DNA of 64,000 nucleotides. It comes from Callorhinchus milii. Lineage: Eukaryota. Where the stretch lies: positions 111,726,001 through 111,790,000 of the forward strand of contig NW_024704743.1 in NCBI RefSeq assembly GCF_018977255.1. Direction: 5' to 3'. Positions 1 through 11,650 of this stretch are shown one piece after another. The position numbers and the translations under genes were made by a program. The stretch's first letter is position 1, and the number at the start of each line of letters is the position of its first letter. Below the pieces are notes generated by a model. It ran no database searches. It saw nothing but the letters and a program-made list of their open reading frames with translations, and had not been told where the DNA came from.

Positions 1-69
1 CTTGCACTGATATAGCGCCCTCCTACCAGGGTAACATCTCTGAGCGTTTATCAGTGGTGGAGCATGACT

Positions 70-830
70 CTGAGCCGGGGCAGGGGTGGTGGCCATAAGC
101 ACGGTCGAAAAGGAAGGTTTTCAGGCGGGACTTTAAAAGGAGAGAGGGGGCAAGACAAAGGGATTGGGGGAAGAGTGTTCCAGAGTTTCGGGGCATAATG
201 GCTGAAAGCACAACCTCGAATTATTGAGCGGAGGATGCGAGGGACAAGCAGGAGGCCGGTGCCAGTTGAGAGGAGGTGCCGGGTGTTGGATTGCGGAGTG
301 AGGAGGTCGGAAAGGTAGGGAATGTCCTCCCGACCTGAAAGGCGCTATACAAATGTAATCTTGTTGTTGTTGTTGGAGATGCCAGAGAGTGAATTTGAAC
401 ACGAGTGTGAACATCTTGAAGTCGATCCGTTCGGTGATGGGGAACCAGTGGAGCCTGACCAGAACTGATGAGATGTGGACAGAGTTTGGCCCCGGGCCAG
501 TACGCAGGCGTCAGGGAGTTCTGAATGAGCTGGATCTTTTGAATAGTGGAGCTGGGGAGACGGGAGAGGAGTGGGTTTGAGTAATCCAGGCGGGAGGTGA
601 CAAATGCACGCACGAGGGCTTCGGCTGCATTCGGGCAATGTGGCAGGGTGGAGGAAGGCGGTCCTGGTCAGGGGTGGAAGGGAAGCTGGGAGTTGAACCA
701 GATGCCGAGATTGCGCACCAGTTCAGTGGGTCTTGGGATGGGGTGGGTGGGTGGGGGGGGGGAGAGCCAGCCCAGGGAGGTTGAGGAGCTCTGATCCGCG
801 GGAGTGAAGATGTTGACCGTGCAAGGAATG
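70..830 (-). mobile_element. Degenerate L2-clade LINE 3' fragment (ORF2 C-terminus)
   Basis: Frameshifted translations AFVTSRLDYSNPLL...IQLIQNS and LKSRLKTFLFDRAYG, typical of the L2 ORF2 end. Interrupted at about 321-375 by an oppositely oriented L2 tail. Confidence 0.85.
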
Positions 831-959
831 CCTTTTCCGATCGCTTTATCCGCTTTGGTTCAAAAACAAAAGTGGCACAAAACATTTTTCCAAATATTGT
901 TCGATTGCGTGGTTCAGAAACTCAATGCTCTTGATGCCTTCTCCAGGAAACTTACTTAC

Positions 960-1196
960 CCTCAACCCTTGATTATTCTCATCTCTAAACTCGGTGTGCC
1001 TCAGCTTCTCCTCATACAAGTCCTTGAACTCTCTGAGCAGGCGCTTCATGTTGTGCCTGACTGATGGCGAGGTGGGCGAAGGGCATCGCTTGTCTCCCGC
1101 TCCCAGCAGCTCCGCCTCCCGCCTCAAGCCACCGAAGGCCGGGATTCCGGACCTTGGCGGACAAGTGGACCTCGGGTCCACCTCCCCGCGGTCCAT
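960..1196 (-). CDS. Probable first coding exon (79 codons) of an unidentified gene divergent from PEX2; predicted coiled-coil/helical segment
   Basis: ATG at 1196 in strong Kozak context (aatATGg). Open frame MDRGEV...HNMKRLLREFKDLYEEKLRHTEFRDENNQGLR ends at a perfect donor AGG|GTAAGT (959-954), phase 0. Lies at the edge of the CpG island. Further exons would be outside the window. Confidence 0.65.
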
Positions 1197-1960
1197 ATTT
1201 TTTTTCACACACGCACACGCACACACACACACAAGGGCTTTTTAAAGATGAAAGTCGGTTTAGTGACTAGTGAACAAAGTGTCCGCCCATCATGTGCGAG
1301 GCGGTGGCGGTGGCGGCGACACCCTCCTTCCCTCCCTCCCTCCTTCCCTCCTGTGACCCGCTCTCGCTCGCGCTGGGAGTTTAACGGAACTTTCAAACCC
1401 AACAGAAGACCTGCGCTCGCTCCCCGTCCCGCCCCCTCCCGCCGAGTCCGCAACGCCATTGGCGCACGGCGCGGCGCGTGGGGCCGGTCCATCTCACCGG
1501 TCCGCTCGCTGACTGGCTGATCGGTGCGTCAGTGAACGAATGCGTCATCATAGCCCCGCCCCTTCCCTCCCTCTCTCCCACACGAACGATAAACAAAACA
1601 AAAAGGAAACGACTGCGCGGGGCGGGGGGAGGGGGAGGGAGACCGCTCTCCGTGCGGGTGATCAACAGGTGACGGGGGTCCCGGCAATCGGTGGCCGAAT
1701 GCAGGAGGAACGCGGGCTGCTTGGTCCCTCTGGAACGTACAGGCCGGGCCGCTGACACTGTGCGGTTACGTGAAGCGGAAGAGGACGCTTGGCCGTCGTC
1801 AAGTGACGCTGCCCCAACCGTTGGGGCAGTTGAAGAGCGTGTCCTCGGCGCAGGCCCCGGGCTGTCGTGGAGGGAGCCGCAGCCTCCCGGAGCCGGTACC
1901 TTCCTCCCGTCCCGTCCTGTCTTGTCCTGTCCTGTCCTCGGCGAATCTCCGGCAAGTTAC
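1050..1960. promoter_or_regulatory. CpG island / putative bidirectional promoter (PEX2 on +, unknown gene on -)
   Basis: Very high GC and CpG density against an AT-rich background. GC boxes at about 1429, 1554 and 1619. ATTGG (CCAAT on -) at about 1458. TGCGTCA at 1525 and 1541. GCGGAAG ETS-like motif at about 1775. Confidence 0.8.
1206..1232. repeat. (CA)n/(CACG) microsatellite
   Basis: cacacacgcacacgcacacacacacac, just upstream of the 1196 ATG on the minus strand. Confidence 0.9.
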
Positions 1961-2528
1961 CCGGTGCCCACTTGTGGCGTTTCGCCCACAAAATATAGAG
2001 TCTGTTCACTTTACAGTCTGTTCTCTGAAGCGCATTTATTGTTACTATATTATTATTATGATGATGATGATTATTTACCCTCCTGTGGCTCCTGCTTCAG
2101 ATTAAAACCGAAGGCCCCAGCACTTTGACCACGCTTTCTGCCGCCTTCCTTCTCCCCCCCCCCACCCCCCAATACACACACCACCAACACAAAAAGCTGT
2201 GTTCTTCTCCACCTGAACGATACTACATACAGTACATGTAGATTGTCAGTGTTGGTTCTGGCATCTGCCTGATTTCTTCTAACCCAAGATTCTTCTCCCT
2301 CAGACCCGAGACAAGTGCAGAGTAAATGTCCCGTACCATGTTTTTGAAAATGTTTTCTAATAATCATCCTTACATTTGAAGTAACAGCAACAACTTGCAT
2401 TGATATAGTGCCCTTCACCTGGGGAGCGCTTAACAGTGCCGGAGCCTGACACTGATCCGGGGGGGGGGGAGTGAACTGGTGACCATAAGCACAGTCGGTA
2501 TTTGAAAGGTATTACGCCTTTCAAGGCT

Positions 2529-2854
2529 ATAATAATAATAATAATCCTTGCATTTGATATAGCGCTTTTCACGTCGGGAGGACGTCCCAAAGCGCTTCAC
2601 AGAACACACTGTAAAGTGAATTGACTGTATATTTGTGGGCGAATGCGGCAGCCAATTGCGCACAGCAATGTCCCACAAACAGTTGTAGATTGAAAATGAC
2701 CAATTTATTATTGGTTTTGGTTTTGGAGGGATTATTATTAGGCTCTGTGTGGAGTAAGGAAACTTGCCCAAGGTTTCGCCCTGACCTGCCTGGAATTGAA
2801 CTCAGGGCTCTCGCTTGCAAAGCAAGTGCTCTAACCACTGAGCTACAGGACTCC
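2529..2854 (-). mobile_element. tRNA-derived SINE with L2-type tail, near full length
   Basis: Head on - reads gagtcctgtagctcagtggttagagc...gagttcaattcc (A/B boxes). Tail reads gcgctttgggacgtcctcccgacgtgaaaagcgctatatcaaatgcaaggatt(att)n. Confidence 0.9.
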
Positions 2855-3180
2855 ACGAGTCCATAACGTGTAGTGACTGTATTGGGGGGTGCCAGCCAAT
2901 TTGCACACAGCAATGTCCTACAAATAACTAAAAAGTGATCAATTTTAGTTGGGGGATTTCCATGACTTTGGTTTAATGTCTCGTCTGAAATACCTTAGCT
3001 GGGATATAAGTTAGATATAGGATAAACTGAACAAACATTTTTTGGTCCAATTCTAACAAGTCAGTTATTCTAAGTTTATACTTTCCTTTTTCTGATACAA
3101 AGATTCTCTCTTCCAGCTATTTCCTAAATTGCTCATTTCATAATCTTATTTTTGCACCTTCTATGGATCACATTTGACAG

Positions 3181-3217
3181 AAATTTAAGTACTGTTTCAA
3201 TTTATGAATACAGAAAG
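3181..3217 (+). other. PEX2: Candidate small 5' UTR exon of PEX2
   Basis: Acceptor tttgacag|3181 after a pyrimidine-rich stretch, and a perfect donor AAG|GTAAGT at 3218. Lies between the promoter and the coding exon. Vertebrate PEX2 has non-coding upstream exons. Confidence 0.4.
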
Positions 3218-3774
3218 GTAAGTATTCACTGCAAATTATTTGGGACTGGTTAAAGCATAGGAAAATGTAATAGACAAATAGCACTTTATTCGGTTTCTGA
3301 TGTATATACACTCTTTCCCCCCCCACCATATTGATGAACATCAAAATCTTTATATCTTCTGGAACCATACCTCCTGAAAACAGCTCATCACCACCTAACT
3401 TCTTACCTATTTTTTTTGGTGTCTGATGCATGCAGAAAATGATCACCATGTGAGGAATAAAACCAAACAGAGTTCCATATATTCCACTAAAACATGGAAA
3501 TTTCAGATATATTTGTTGGAATGGAATGTGCACTCTCCCCCTGGAGAGTCACATCCTGCTTATCGAATTTTTGAAAGTATTAGGTGCAGGTTGGCAAGAG
3601 CCAAAGCTTGGGGACCCCAGTGTGCTTTGGGGTACTACTGGAGCCTAACAAACTAAAACCACATAGCTTGCCACTGCCTGGCAAGCTTTCCTGCTGCTTG
3701 TCCAGCTCGAACAATCCGAAAGAAGCCTTAGAGAAAAACATACTTGGAAGAATGCTTTGATATCCCAAATTTTC

Positions 3775-5340
3775 TCTTCCACAAGCTGCAGATCATCTAG
3801 AACTCTGCAGCTTGTATCCTTTCCCGCACCAGGCTCCGTATCCCCAACACCCTCACCTGGTTCCACTGGCTCCCATTCCCCAGACAATAGAGTTCAAAAT
3901 CCTCATCCTCACCTTCATAGCCTTCCATAGCCTTGCCCATCCCTACCTCTGGCCTATTGACCCCATATCAACCTGTCCACTCCCTCTGCTCAGCAGGCTC
4001 TGGCCTGCTCCACCATTGGTGGCATGGCCTTCAGCCTTTCTGCACACAATCCCTTGGACTCGTTCCCTCCCTTGCCTCGTGTACTGTCCCCTCCACTGGC
4101 TTCCCATCCCCCAGAGGATCGAATTCAAGATCCTCATCCTCACCTACAAGGCCATTCACGGCCTCGCTCCCTCCTACCTCTCCGACCTACTATCCCCCTA
4201 CTTACCTGCCCATACCATTCCTCTGGCTCCGGTCTGCTCCACATCCCCCGCCCCAACTGCCCTACCATCGGTGGCCGGGCCTTCAGCCTCTCAGCCCCTA
4301 CAACTTTCTTCAGCTCAACGTGCGAAAAACCGAGGCCCTCCTGATTGGCTCGCGCCAGCGCCTCCGCACCTCAGGCGCTGACAGCATCAGCATCCAAGGC
4401 TGCACTCTCCACCTCTCAAAGTCAGTCAGGAACCTCAGCGTTTTGTTCGACCCTGAGCTGTCCTTACTCCCTCACATCCGCACCACAACTGGCACCGCCT
4501 TCCATCACCTCCGGAACATCGCCAGACTACAGCACTACCTCACCCCTCACGCTGCTGAAACCCTGGTCCACGCCTTTGTCACCTCAAGGCTGGACTATGG
4601 GAACTCTCTCCTCGCCGGCCTTCCCGGCACCTCCCTCCACAAGCTGCAGGTCATTCAGAACTCTGCAGCTCGTGTACTGTCCCGCACCAGGCTTCGGGAC
4701 CACATCACTCCCACCCTCGCTCGCCTCCACTGGCTCCCCATCCCCCAGAGGATTGATTTCAAGATCCTCATCCTCACCTATAAGGCCATTCACGGCCTCG
4801 CTCCCTCCTACCTCTCCGACCTACTATCCCCCTACCTACCCGCCCGTACCCTCCGTTCCTCCGGCTCCGGTCTGCTCCACGTCCCCCGCCCCAATCGCCC
4901 TACCATCGGTGGTCGGGCCTTCAGCCTCTCAGCCCCTAGGCTCTGGAACTCCATCCCCCAGTGCCTTCGCTTTGCTTCCTCCCTTTCCTCCTTCAAGGCT
5001 GGTTTCAAGACCTTTCTCTTCGACCGTGCCTTCAGCTCCCCTCTCGACTCTACTCCCTCCTGGCTCCCTCCCTTCCCTCCCCTCACCCTGACCATTTCCC
5101 CCCTGCTCGGGTCCCGACCCAACTGTCCAGCGCCTTGGGACATCCTCCCGACGTGAAAGGCACTCTATAAATGAAATCTTATTGTGGTTGTTGCCTCGTC
5201 TCAAAACCTTCATCTTCGACCAAGCCTTCGGCTGTCCTCCCCGATTCCAACCCCTAGCTCAGGTCCAAATCCCTGAATGTCCAGCGCCTTGGGACATCTC
5301 CCGACGTGAAAGGCGTTATGCAAATGTAATTCTGTATTGT
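3775..5340 (+). mobile_element. Cluster of L2-clade LINE 3' fragments; the youngest copy (about 4300-5195) retains an open ORF2 C-terminal frame
   Basis: NFLQLNVRKTEALLIG...LVHAFVTSRLDYGNSLLAGLP...HITPTLARLHWLPIPQRIDFKILILTYKA...KTFLFDRAF, followed by the hairpin/(ttg)n tail. Partial copies at about 3775-4050, 4075-4300 and 5200-5340. Confidence 0.9.
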
Positions 5341-5826
5341 ATATCATGTTGCCCCGTGTGAACGTTGCTTTTTAATAAAACAAAAGTTGTTTGATATGTA
5401 AAGGCAGCGACTTGTTCAGGACTAAGGGCAATTTAAAGACTACAATATTCTAATCAACAGGTGGTAAAAGTTACCAGGAAGATTGATTATAGTAAGACAC
5501 TGGATAATAAGAGACTGAAAATCTGATAAAGTTAGCTGGGTCAGTATTCTGGATTGAGAATTCAAATGTGTCTTCATCCTGATTTACCTTTTTATAATAA
5601 TCATAATAAATAATAATACTTTATGTGAGGATAGTGCACAGTTCCATACATTAATGCACAGTTGAAATAATAGAATCGTAGAAATTTACAGTGCAGAAGG
5701 AGGCCATGTGACCGATCAAGTCTGCACCAGCTCTCAGAGCAAAATTCAATCAAACTGCCTTGCCCATATACCTTCAGTTTTTTTTCTTTACTATGCCTCT
5801 TCTTTGATCCCTTTGAAATTCTATAG

Positions 5827-5919
5827 GTGTGAGGAGAGCAAAGACTGATTATAATTTTTCACAAGTTGAGGTACACTGTGCTGAAATACATTGTCGATTT
5901 GATTTTGGTGTCCAGCGAG
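5827..5919 (+). other. Possible additional PEX2 5' UTR exon
   Basis: Long polypyrimidine tract 5777-5815, acceptor ctatag|5827, possible donors at 5871 (gtacac) or 5920 (gtactt). Both donors are weak. Confidence 0.2.
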
Positions 5920-8900
5920 GTACTTCAACTAGTATCTCCCAACTGGATAAGACAGTGGGAGCATTATCAATTCTTGGTCTCTAGGGCAGATTGCAAATGA
6001 TCTAATGTCTATGCATGGGAAAAATAAAATACAACAACTGCTTTTTATGTTAGACCAACATTTTGAAAATTGATGTTGAGTCCCTGTTGAGCATCTCTGT
6101 GCAAACTTCATGTGGTAAATATGCACACACGTTGTATCTTTTAATGCACATCATTTGTCCATGTGACTGTTTTGTGTCAGTGCCAAATGTTGTCATTGTT
6201 CAGGTATTTGAACGAGAGGAATCCAATTATGTACATTAATGTAGATCCCAGACTCAGTCCTCTACTGATATTTGTCTTTAATTTGTTTGTCCCTTGTAAG
6301 AAACATTTCCAAATATGATCTTTTGTTTTTGTGACAAAGTAAACTTTGTTTCATATTTAGTTCTTTTATGCCATAACTGGTTACTGCCAGTAACTTTAAA
6401 CTCTGATGTTTAAATGATTCCATACACTCAATGTGGACATCCTCCTGATGTGAAAGGCGCCACTATAAGTGCAATTTGTTGTTGGTGGCATTGTTGTTGT
6501 TCAGTCTTTTGGCTTAAAGCATTTTGTTCCTTGATTCAGAACTTTGTGCAGATGTTCCCATAATAATTTCAGTTTTACATTGTATATTTTTTATATCTAT
6601 GCAGCACCTTTCATGTTGGAAGGATGTCTCAAAGCACTTCACAGAATTGTTTGGAAGCCCAAGCAGGGAATGCAGGGGGTGGATGGTGGGGAAAAGAGGT
6701 TAAGCCATAACACAGTCTAGATTGCTGCCACATAATGGAATACTTATAATTACTGTCAAGTATAGCGATGTTTACAATTTTACAGATGGAAAATGTGAAC
6801 CCATGAATATGACTGGTACGGGAAACACCAGAAGGTACACTCAGTTTCTCATTTCAGTCTCTTTCCCCCCCAACCCGCCCGCCCAATATTCTAATGCTGT
6901 TTATTTAATATGGAGAGAGAAATACGTGGACTGATAAGCAGTTGAGGTAGATTGTTTAAGCAAACTTGAGAGAGAATCAGATAGATGTTTAAAAATTTGA
7001 GTACTATGAGTCATGCATGATGGATTGCAATGGTGTGTTCAGTCGAGCACTCACCTTGCAAGCGAGAGGACCTGGGCAGATGGAGACTGGCTCATTGGCT
7101 CTGCTGATGTATCAGTGCAATATTGAGAGAGCCTTTGCTGCATTGTCAAGGTGCTGTACTTCAGATGAGATGTAAAATCAAGGTCCTGTCTTCATGTTCA
7201 AGAAGGCATTAAAGATGCCAGAAACTATCTGAGAAAGGAATTTCTTTCAGGATCCTAATCAACATTCCTACTGTTTGTAGGATTTGGCCATCTGCAAAAC
7301 AGCAACCAGTTTACCTTCATCGTCGCTATACTTGATAGTAATTATAAGTAAAACGCTTTGAACATTCCATTATGAGGCGGCAATCTCAAAATACAAGATT
7401 TTTAGTTCCTTAGTTCTTTCATGTGTTCACCAAGTTCACAGTTCTGGTCGATTGCTAACTATCTTAAAAATGGTGTCCACTCAAGTACTCTGTGTGTGTG
7501 TTGTATGAACAAGCCAACACTTATTACCTCTGAAAAATTGCTTATACTTTCAACCCTTCCTTTCAATTCTCCCTGCTTTGTCTCCTCCACCTCTGACGTA
7601 TTCAAATACCCTGTAAGTTTTATGATTCCCCTCTGCCTTTCTTACTTATCTGAAGAGCTCCTTAACTGTTTTAACCTCAGACTGACAGTTCCCAATTGTT
7701 CCTTTTCCTTAGCACAAATTTCTAATGAAATTGCTTTTGCAGTTTTTTCTGCTGTTGCATGTTTCCTTTCAATTGTCATGTTACCCCTTGCCAATAAGGC
7801 CACTCATCAGCCTGGCTCAAAGGGATTGCCTTTTCAAAACATTTTCTACCCAATTAACTGCATCTCTTATTCATCTACTTGTATCCATGTTCCTGGCTGC
7901 CAATAATAACATGTTTGCAAGCTGTGCTGACTATTTACTCCTGTAACGCATTAGACTGCTCCTGTCAAATCTACTTTAAATGAATTCCAATTATTATTTC
8001 TCTGTTTTGTGCTAAAACCCTAGGTACCAATTAGATTCAATGTAGACCATCCTTACAAAATATTGTTTTTCTTTTGTACACACTTATTAGTCAGTTGTGA
8101 ATGTGCTTATTCCTTTCATTCTGTCTGATTTTGGAAGTAACAAGTATCCCCTTAATATTTTTACCTTTTTAAATGTACTTTTGCATTCAATCTTCATGAC
8201 CCTGATATGAAAATGTGAGTTTACAGCAGGTTTAAAAATCACCCAGTATCCTGTCCTGGCAGCCTAATTAAAAACTGTAAACATACAAACCAAATATTAG
8301 CCACAGAACTTTCATGATCGAGAGGATCTGCTCTGCTGTCTCCCTTTCTGCCACCTCCTACCTCCTTCACAGCCCATACCATATCTGTCCCATTATCACC
8401 AGGCAAGCTTTCAGCTATTCTGTGCCTGGAACTCCATCCTGGAATCTGCCCTCCCTATGTTCAAAGTCCACATCGAGACATACCTCGGACTGCTCTTTCA
8501 GTCATCTTTCCCATCCCCAACCTCAACTCTTACTCCCAACCTGAATGCACAGTCAGCTTCGAGATGTTCTCCCAACTTCAAAGGCATTATGTAAATTTAA
8601 TTGTATGTTATGTTATCACTTACAGGTCATTTTTATAACTTAAAAAAATCATTCAATGACAATACAATGGGGCACTGTTTTTTAATGAATGATAATGTGT
8701 TATGGAATTCGAGAGGCAGTTTTTTGATCCCTCATGATCCCAGCATCACGTTTGATGCTGTTTAAACATGCAGCTGTGAGATATGTCAAGCATAGGAGGG
8801 AAAAAGGAAAGAGTTATCCTAATCTCCAGGTCAATACCAAATCAGTCTTAAGTAATTAAGTTGGAGTTTGGAAATACCATGGCCATTTGGGCAGGGTGGC

Positions 8901-9335
8901 ATATGATATGACCAGGAAAATAGGAGGGGGAGAAGTTTGCTGCAAATAGGCAGGACCACACAATCATTTTTCAAACTGGCATACTTTCCAGATGTCAGGT
9001 CTGGCAGAAAAACAGCACTCCCTTTATTCTACCTCCTACACTTTTTTAACCATCAGGTAGCCAATTTTCAAATAAAGCTTCCAGGTGAGTTTTAAATATA
9101 ATAAACTGATACTGTTTTATTAATTCTCCTACAAACTGCAGCGAATGTTGCTCAGTGCTTTTCAGAAACTGTTCTATCCCTTTATTATGCATAACCTCAA
9201 ATAATACTTTTTTTCATATAGCAATTGTCATTATTCATACTGTTTGTGGACTATCATAGAACAGAAAATTACAAAATGAAACTAGGTTTATCCATAGGCT
9301 TAAAGCTTTGTAAATTTAGATGCCAAATATTTAGA

Positions 9336-9555
9336 GGGAAAAGTTATTGACAGAAGACTCTAATGGTAATATATTTCCTGGTTCGTCTGGGGAACTTGTC
9401 AATAGAAATGTAGCTATTGATAGAAGCCTGTGGGAGATGTCGTTCTGCCTGCCTTACATCTGTGTGATCCTCTAAATCATAACTACATTAATATTGACAA
9501 GACCCTGACAATAGCCACATTACTATTGATAGGTTTCTGTCAATAATATGTTCCC
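9336..9555. repeat. Imperfect fold-back (MITE-like) element
   Basis: gggaa..ttattgacagaa pairs with ttctgtcaataa..ttccc, and cttgtcaatagaaatgtagctat pairs with ataactacattaatattgacaag. Confidence 0.6.
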
Positions 9556-10614
9556 AAATAAAATGTATTAATTCATAATTTGTAAACTACTCAATAACTG
9601 CATTGATGAAAAAGTACCAAGGGAAGTTCTATTCCACAGTGATATACCATTATAATTTGTCTTAGTTCTTAAAATATATTTAAAAGACATGCATTACTTG
9701 CAGCAATTGTAGTAAATACAGCAAACTGGAGTATAAAGGATTGTGAGAACTGCACAATGTTCTATACCGAACTTTTGACTAAATTATTGGGCAGACTCAT
9801 CCTAGTTCTGTTTTCAGTTTTGCACCTGAATGCTAAAATAAGGTAAATATTTTTCTGTTCATGACAAATAAAAATCTTAAACATTAGGTTTAATAACTTA
9901 CTAGTATTTACCGTCTCTAGTGAGTTTTGAAGACCCACACCACATGGACATGTACTGTAATGTCACAGTGAACACAAAATTAGAACACATTTTGGACATC
10001 AAATTCTTAATTGCTGCTCACAATTATAATCAAATTCACAGACAATGTTCAACAATGTCTTTTCCTATTCTCTTGGTTTGAAAAGTGGATTTGTACAATT
10101 TATTTCTGAGGAGGATTAAAACTACCGAAGGTTACTGTTGCGTATCACGTCATAGCAACACAGGATTTTTACAGTGCAGGGATTCCTCACCAGGCCTAAC
10201 TGACTCCCAGTGGATTAATTTCAAAGTCCTCAGCCTTGCCCATCAATCACTTCAAACCATAGCACCTCCCCGTCTCTCTGATCTCCTCCTACCCAACTGA
10301 CTGGGTTTGGCTGTGATGCCCAGCCTCACTTTTACTGATGCTTTCCCACCCGACACCATTTAATAACTGGTGAAATAACAAATGTTTGGGTGAGTCGTGC
10401 TTGTGGAACCATAACCCACTGCATTCAGATGAGAAGGGGAAATAGTATTTTCAAGGCGGTAGTAATGTACAGCTATATATATGTACACACACACACATAT
10501 GCATTAAATAATCTTCCTATTAGGATTTGTAGTCTCCAGCCAACATAAATGGATGAAATAATAGCATGGATTGTTTCTATGTTTTTCATTTTCTTAGATG
10601 CCATTGGTGCCAAC

Positions 10615-11520
10615 ATGGATTCAAAAGAAGGTGGCTCAAACCCCCTCCCCCCAGTACTGAGAATAAGTCAGCTGGATGCTTTTGAGCTGGATAGAGCATT
10701 GGAACAGCTAATGTGGTCCCAGTTTTCCAGGTGCTTTCAGTGTTTCAAACCTGGTTTGTTAACTCGCTTTGAACCAGAGCTGAAAGCCTCTCTGCAGCTT
10801 TTGTTATGGAGATTTACAGTCTTTTCCCGAAATGCAACAGTTGGCCAGGAACTTCTAAATATCAGATACAAAAATGACTTATCTCGAGGACAAAAATACA
10901 GGCCGATGAGTAAACATCAGAAGTTATGGTATGCGTTGTGCACTGTCGGGGGAAAATGGCTGGAAGAGAGACTTCATGACTTATTCAGCAATCGTTCTCC
11001 AGAGTCAGCTATTCACAAGATGAAATATTTCATTACTTTCATAGTTGGATTTTTGAAAGTGGCCGGACTGCTGAATTTTCTCATCTTTCTTCAGAAGGGT
11101 AGGTTTGCCACATTTCCAGAACGACTCCTGGGGATTAGAGCAGTTTTCTCCAGACCTCAGGGTGCACGTCAAGTTGGTTTTGAATACATGAATCGAGAAC
11201 TGTTGTGGCACGGTTTTGCTGAGTTCCTGATATTTCTTGTGCCACTTATAAACACGAGAAAATTGAAAACTACAATCTCTTCCTGGTTTCTTCCAATAGA
11301 TGATCACCGAGAAAATGATGGCACTCTTGCGATACACTGCAAAGAATGTGCCCTTTGTGGGGAATGGCCAACTATGCCTCACAGTATTGGCTGTAGACAT
11401 GTGTTTTGTTATTACTGTATTAAAAGCAACTACCTGTCTGATGCTTACTTCTCCTGCCCAAAATGCAGCAGTGAAGTCCGCAATATTTTACCTTTGAAAC
11501 ATGAAGCTCAGACCAATTAA
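10615..11520 (+). CDS. PEX2: Peroxisome biogenesis factor 2 (Pex2/Pex12 domain plus C-terminal RING), 301 aa, single coding exon
   Basis: [44 protein letters not shown], and [28 protein letters not shown]...CPKC. Splice acceptor tttcttag|10598 lies 17 nt before the ATG (aacATGg). The ORF-track start at 10549 is intronic. Confidence 0.97.
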   Translation: MDSKEGGSNPLPPVLRISQLDAFELDRALEQLMWSQFSRCFQCFKPGLLTRFEPELKASLQLLLWRFTVFSRNATVGQELLNIRYKNDLSRGQKYRPMSKHQKLWYALCTVGGKWLEERLHDLFSNRSPESAIHKMKYFITFIVGFLKVAGLLNFLIFLQKGRFATFPERLLGIRAVFSRPQGARQVGFEYMNRELLWHGFAEFLIFLVPLINTRKLKTTISSWFLPIDDHRENDGTLAIHCKECALCGEWPTMPHSIGCRHVFCYYCIKSNYLSDAYFSCPKCSSEVRNILPLKHEAQTN

Positions 11521-11644
11521 TCTAAGATATTCAAACACTGTAGGTACAAGCTTCACAACTGAAAATTGAAGATTTTCTAAACCAGCTTCTTAAAATCGTG
11601 GAGAATTGCCTTTTCCCTGCTTTGGTGTTAAGACTAAATTGCTT

Positions 11645-11650
11645 AATAAA
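11645..11650 (+). terminator. PEX2: Probable PEX2 polyadenylation signal
   Basis: AATAAA 125 nt after the stop, followed by U/GU-rich sequence (cttttgtgttc). Confidence 0.55.

Noticed and set aside
3933..5156. 407-aa ORF as a host gene
   Set aside because: It is a chimeric read-through of L2 ORF2 fragments and lacks the endonuclease and RT core
10549..10614. N-terminal extension of PEX2
   Set aside because: It runs through the polypyrimidine tract and splice acceptor at 10597; homology starts near the 10615 ATG
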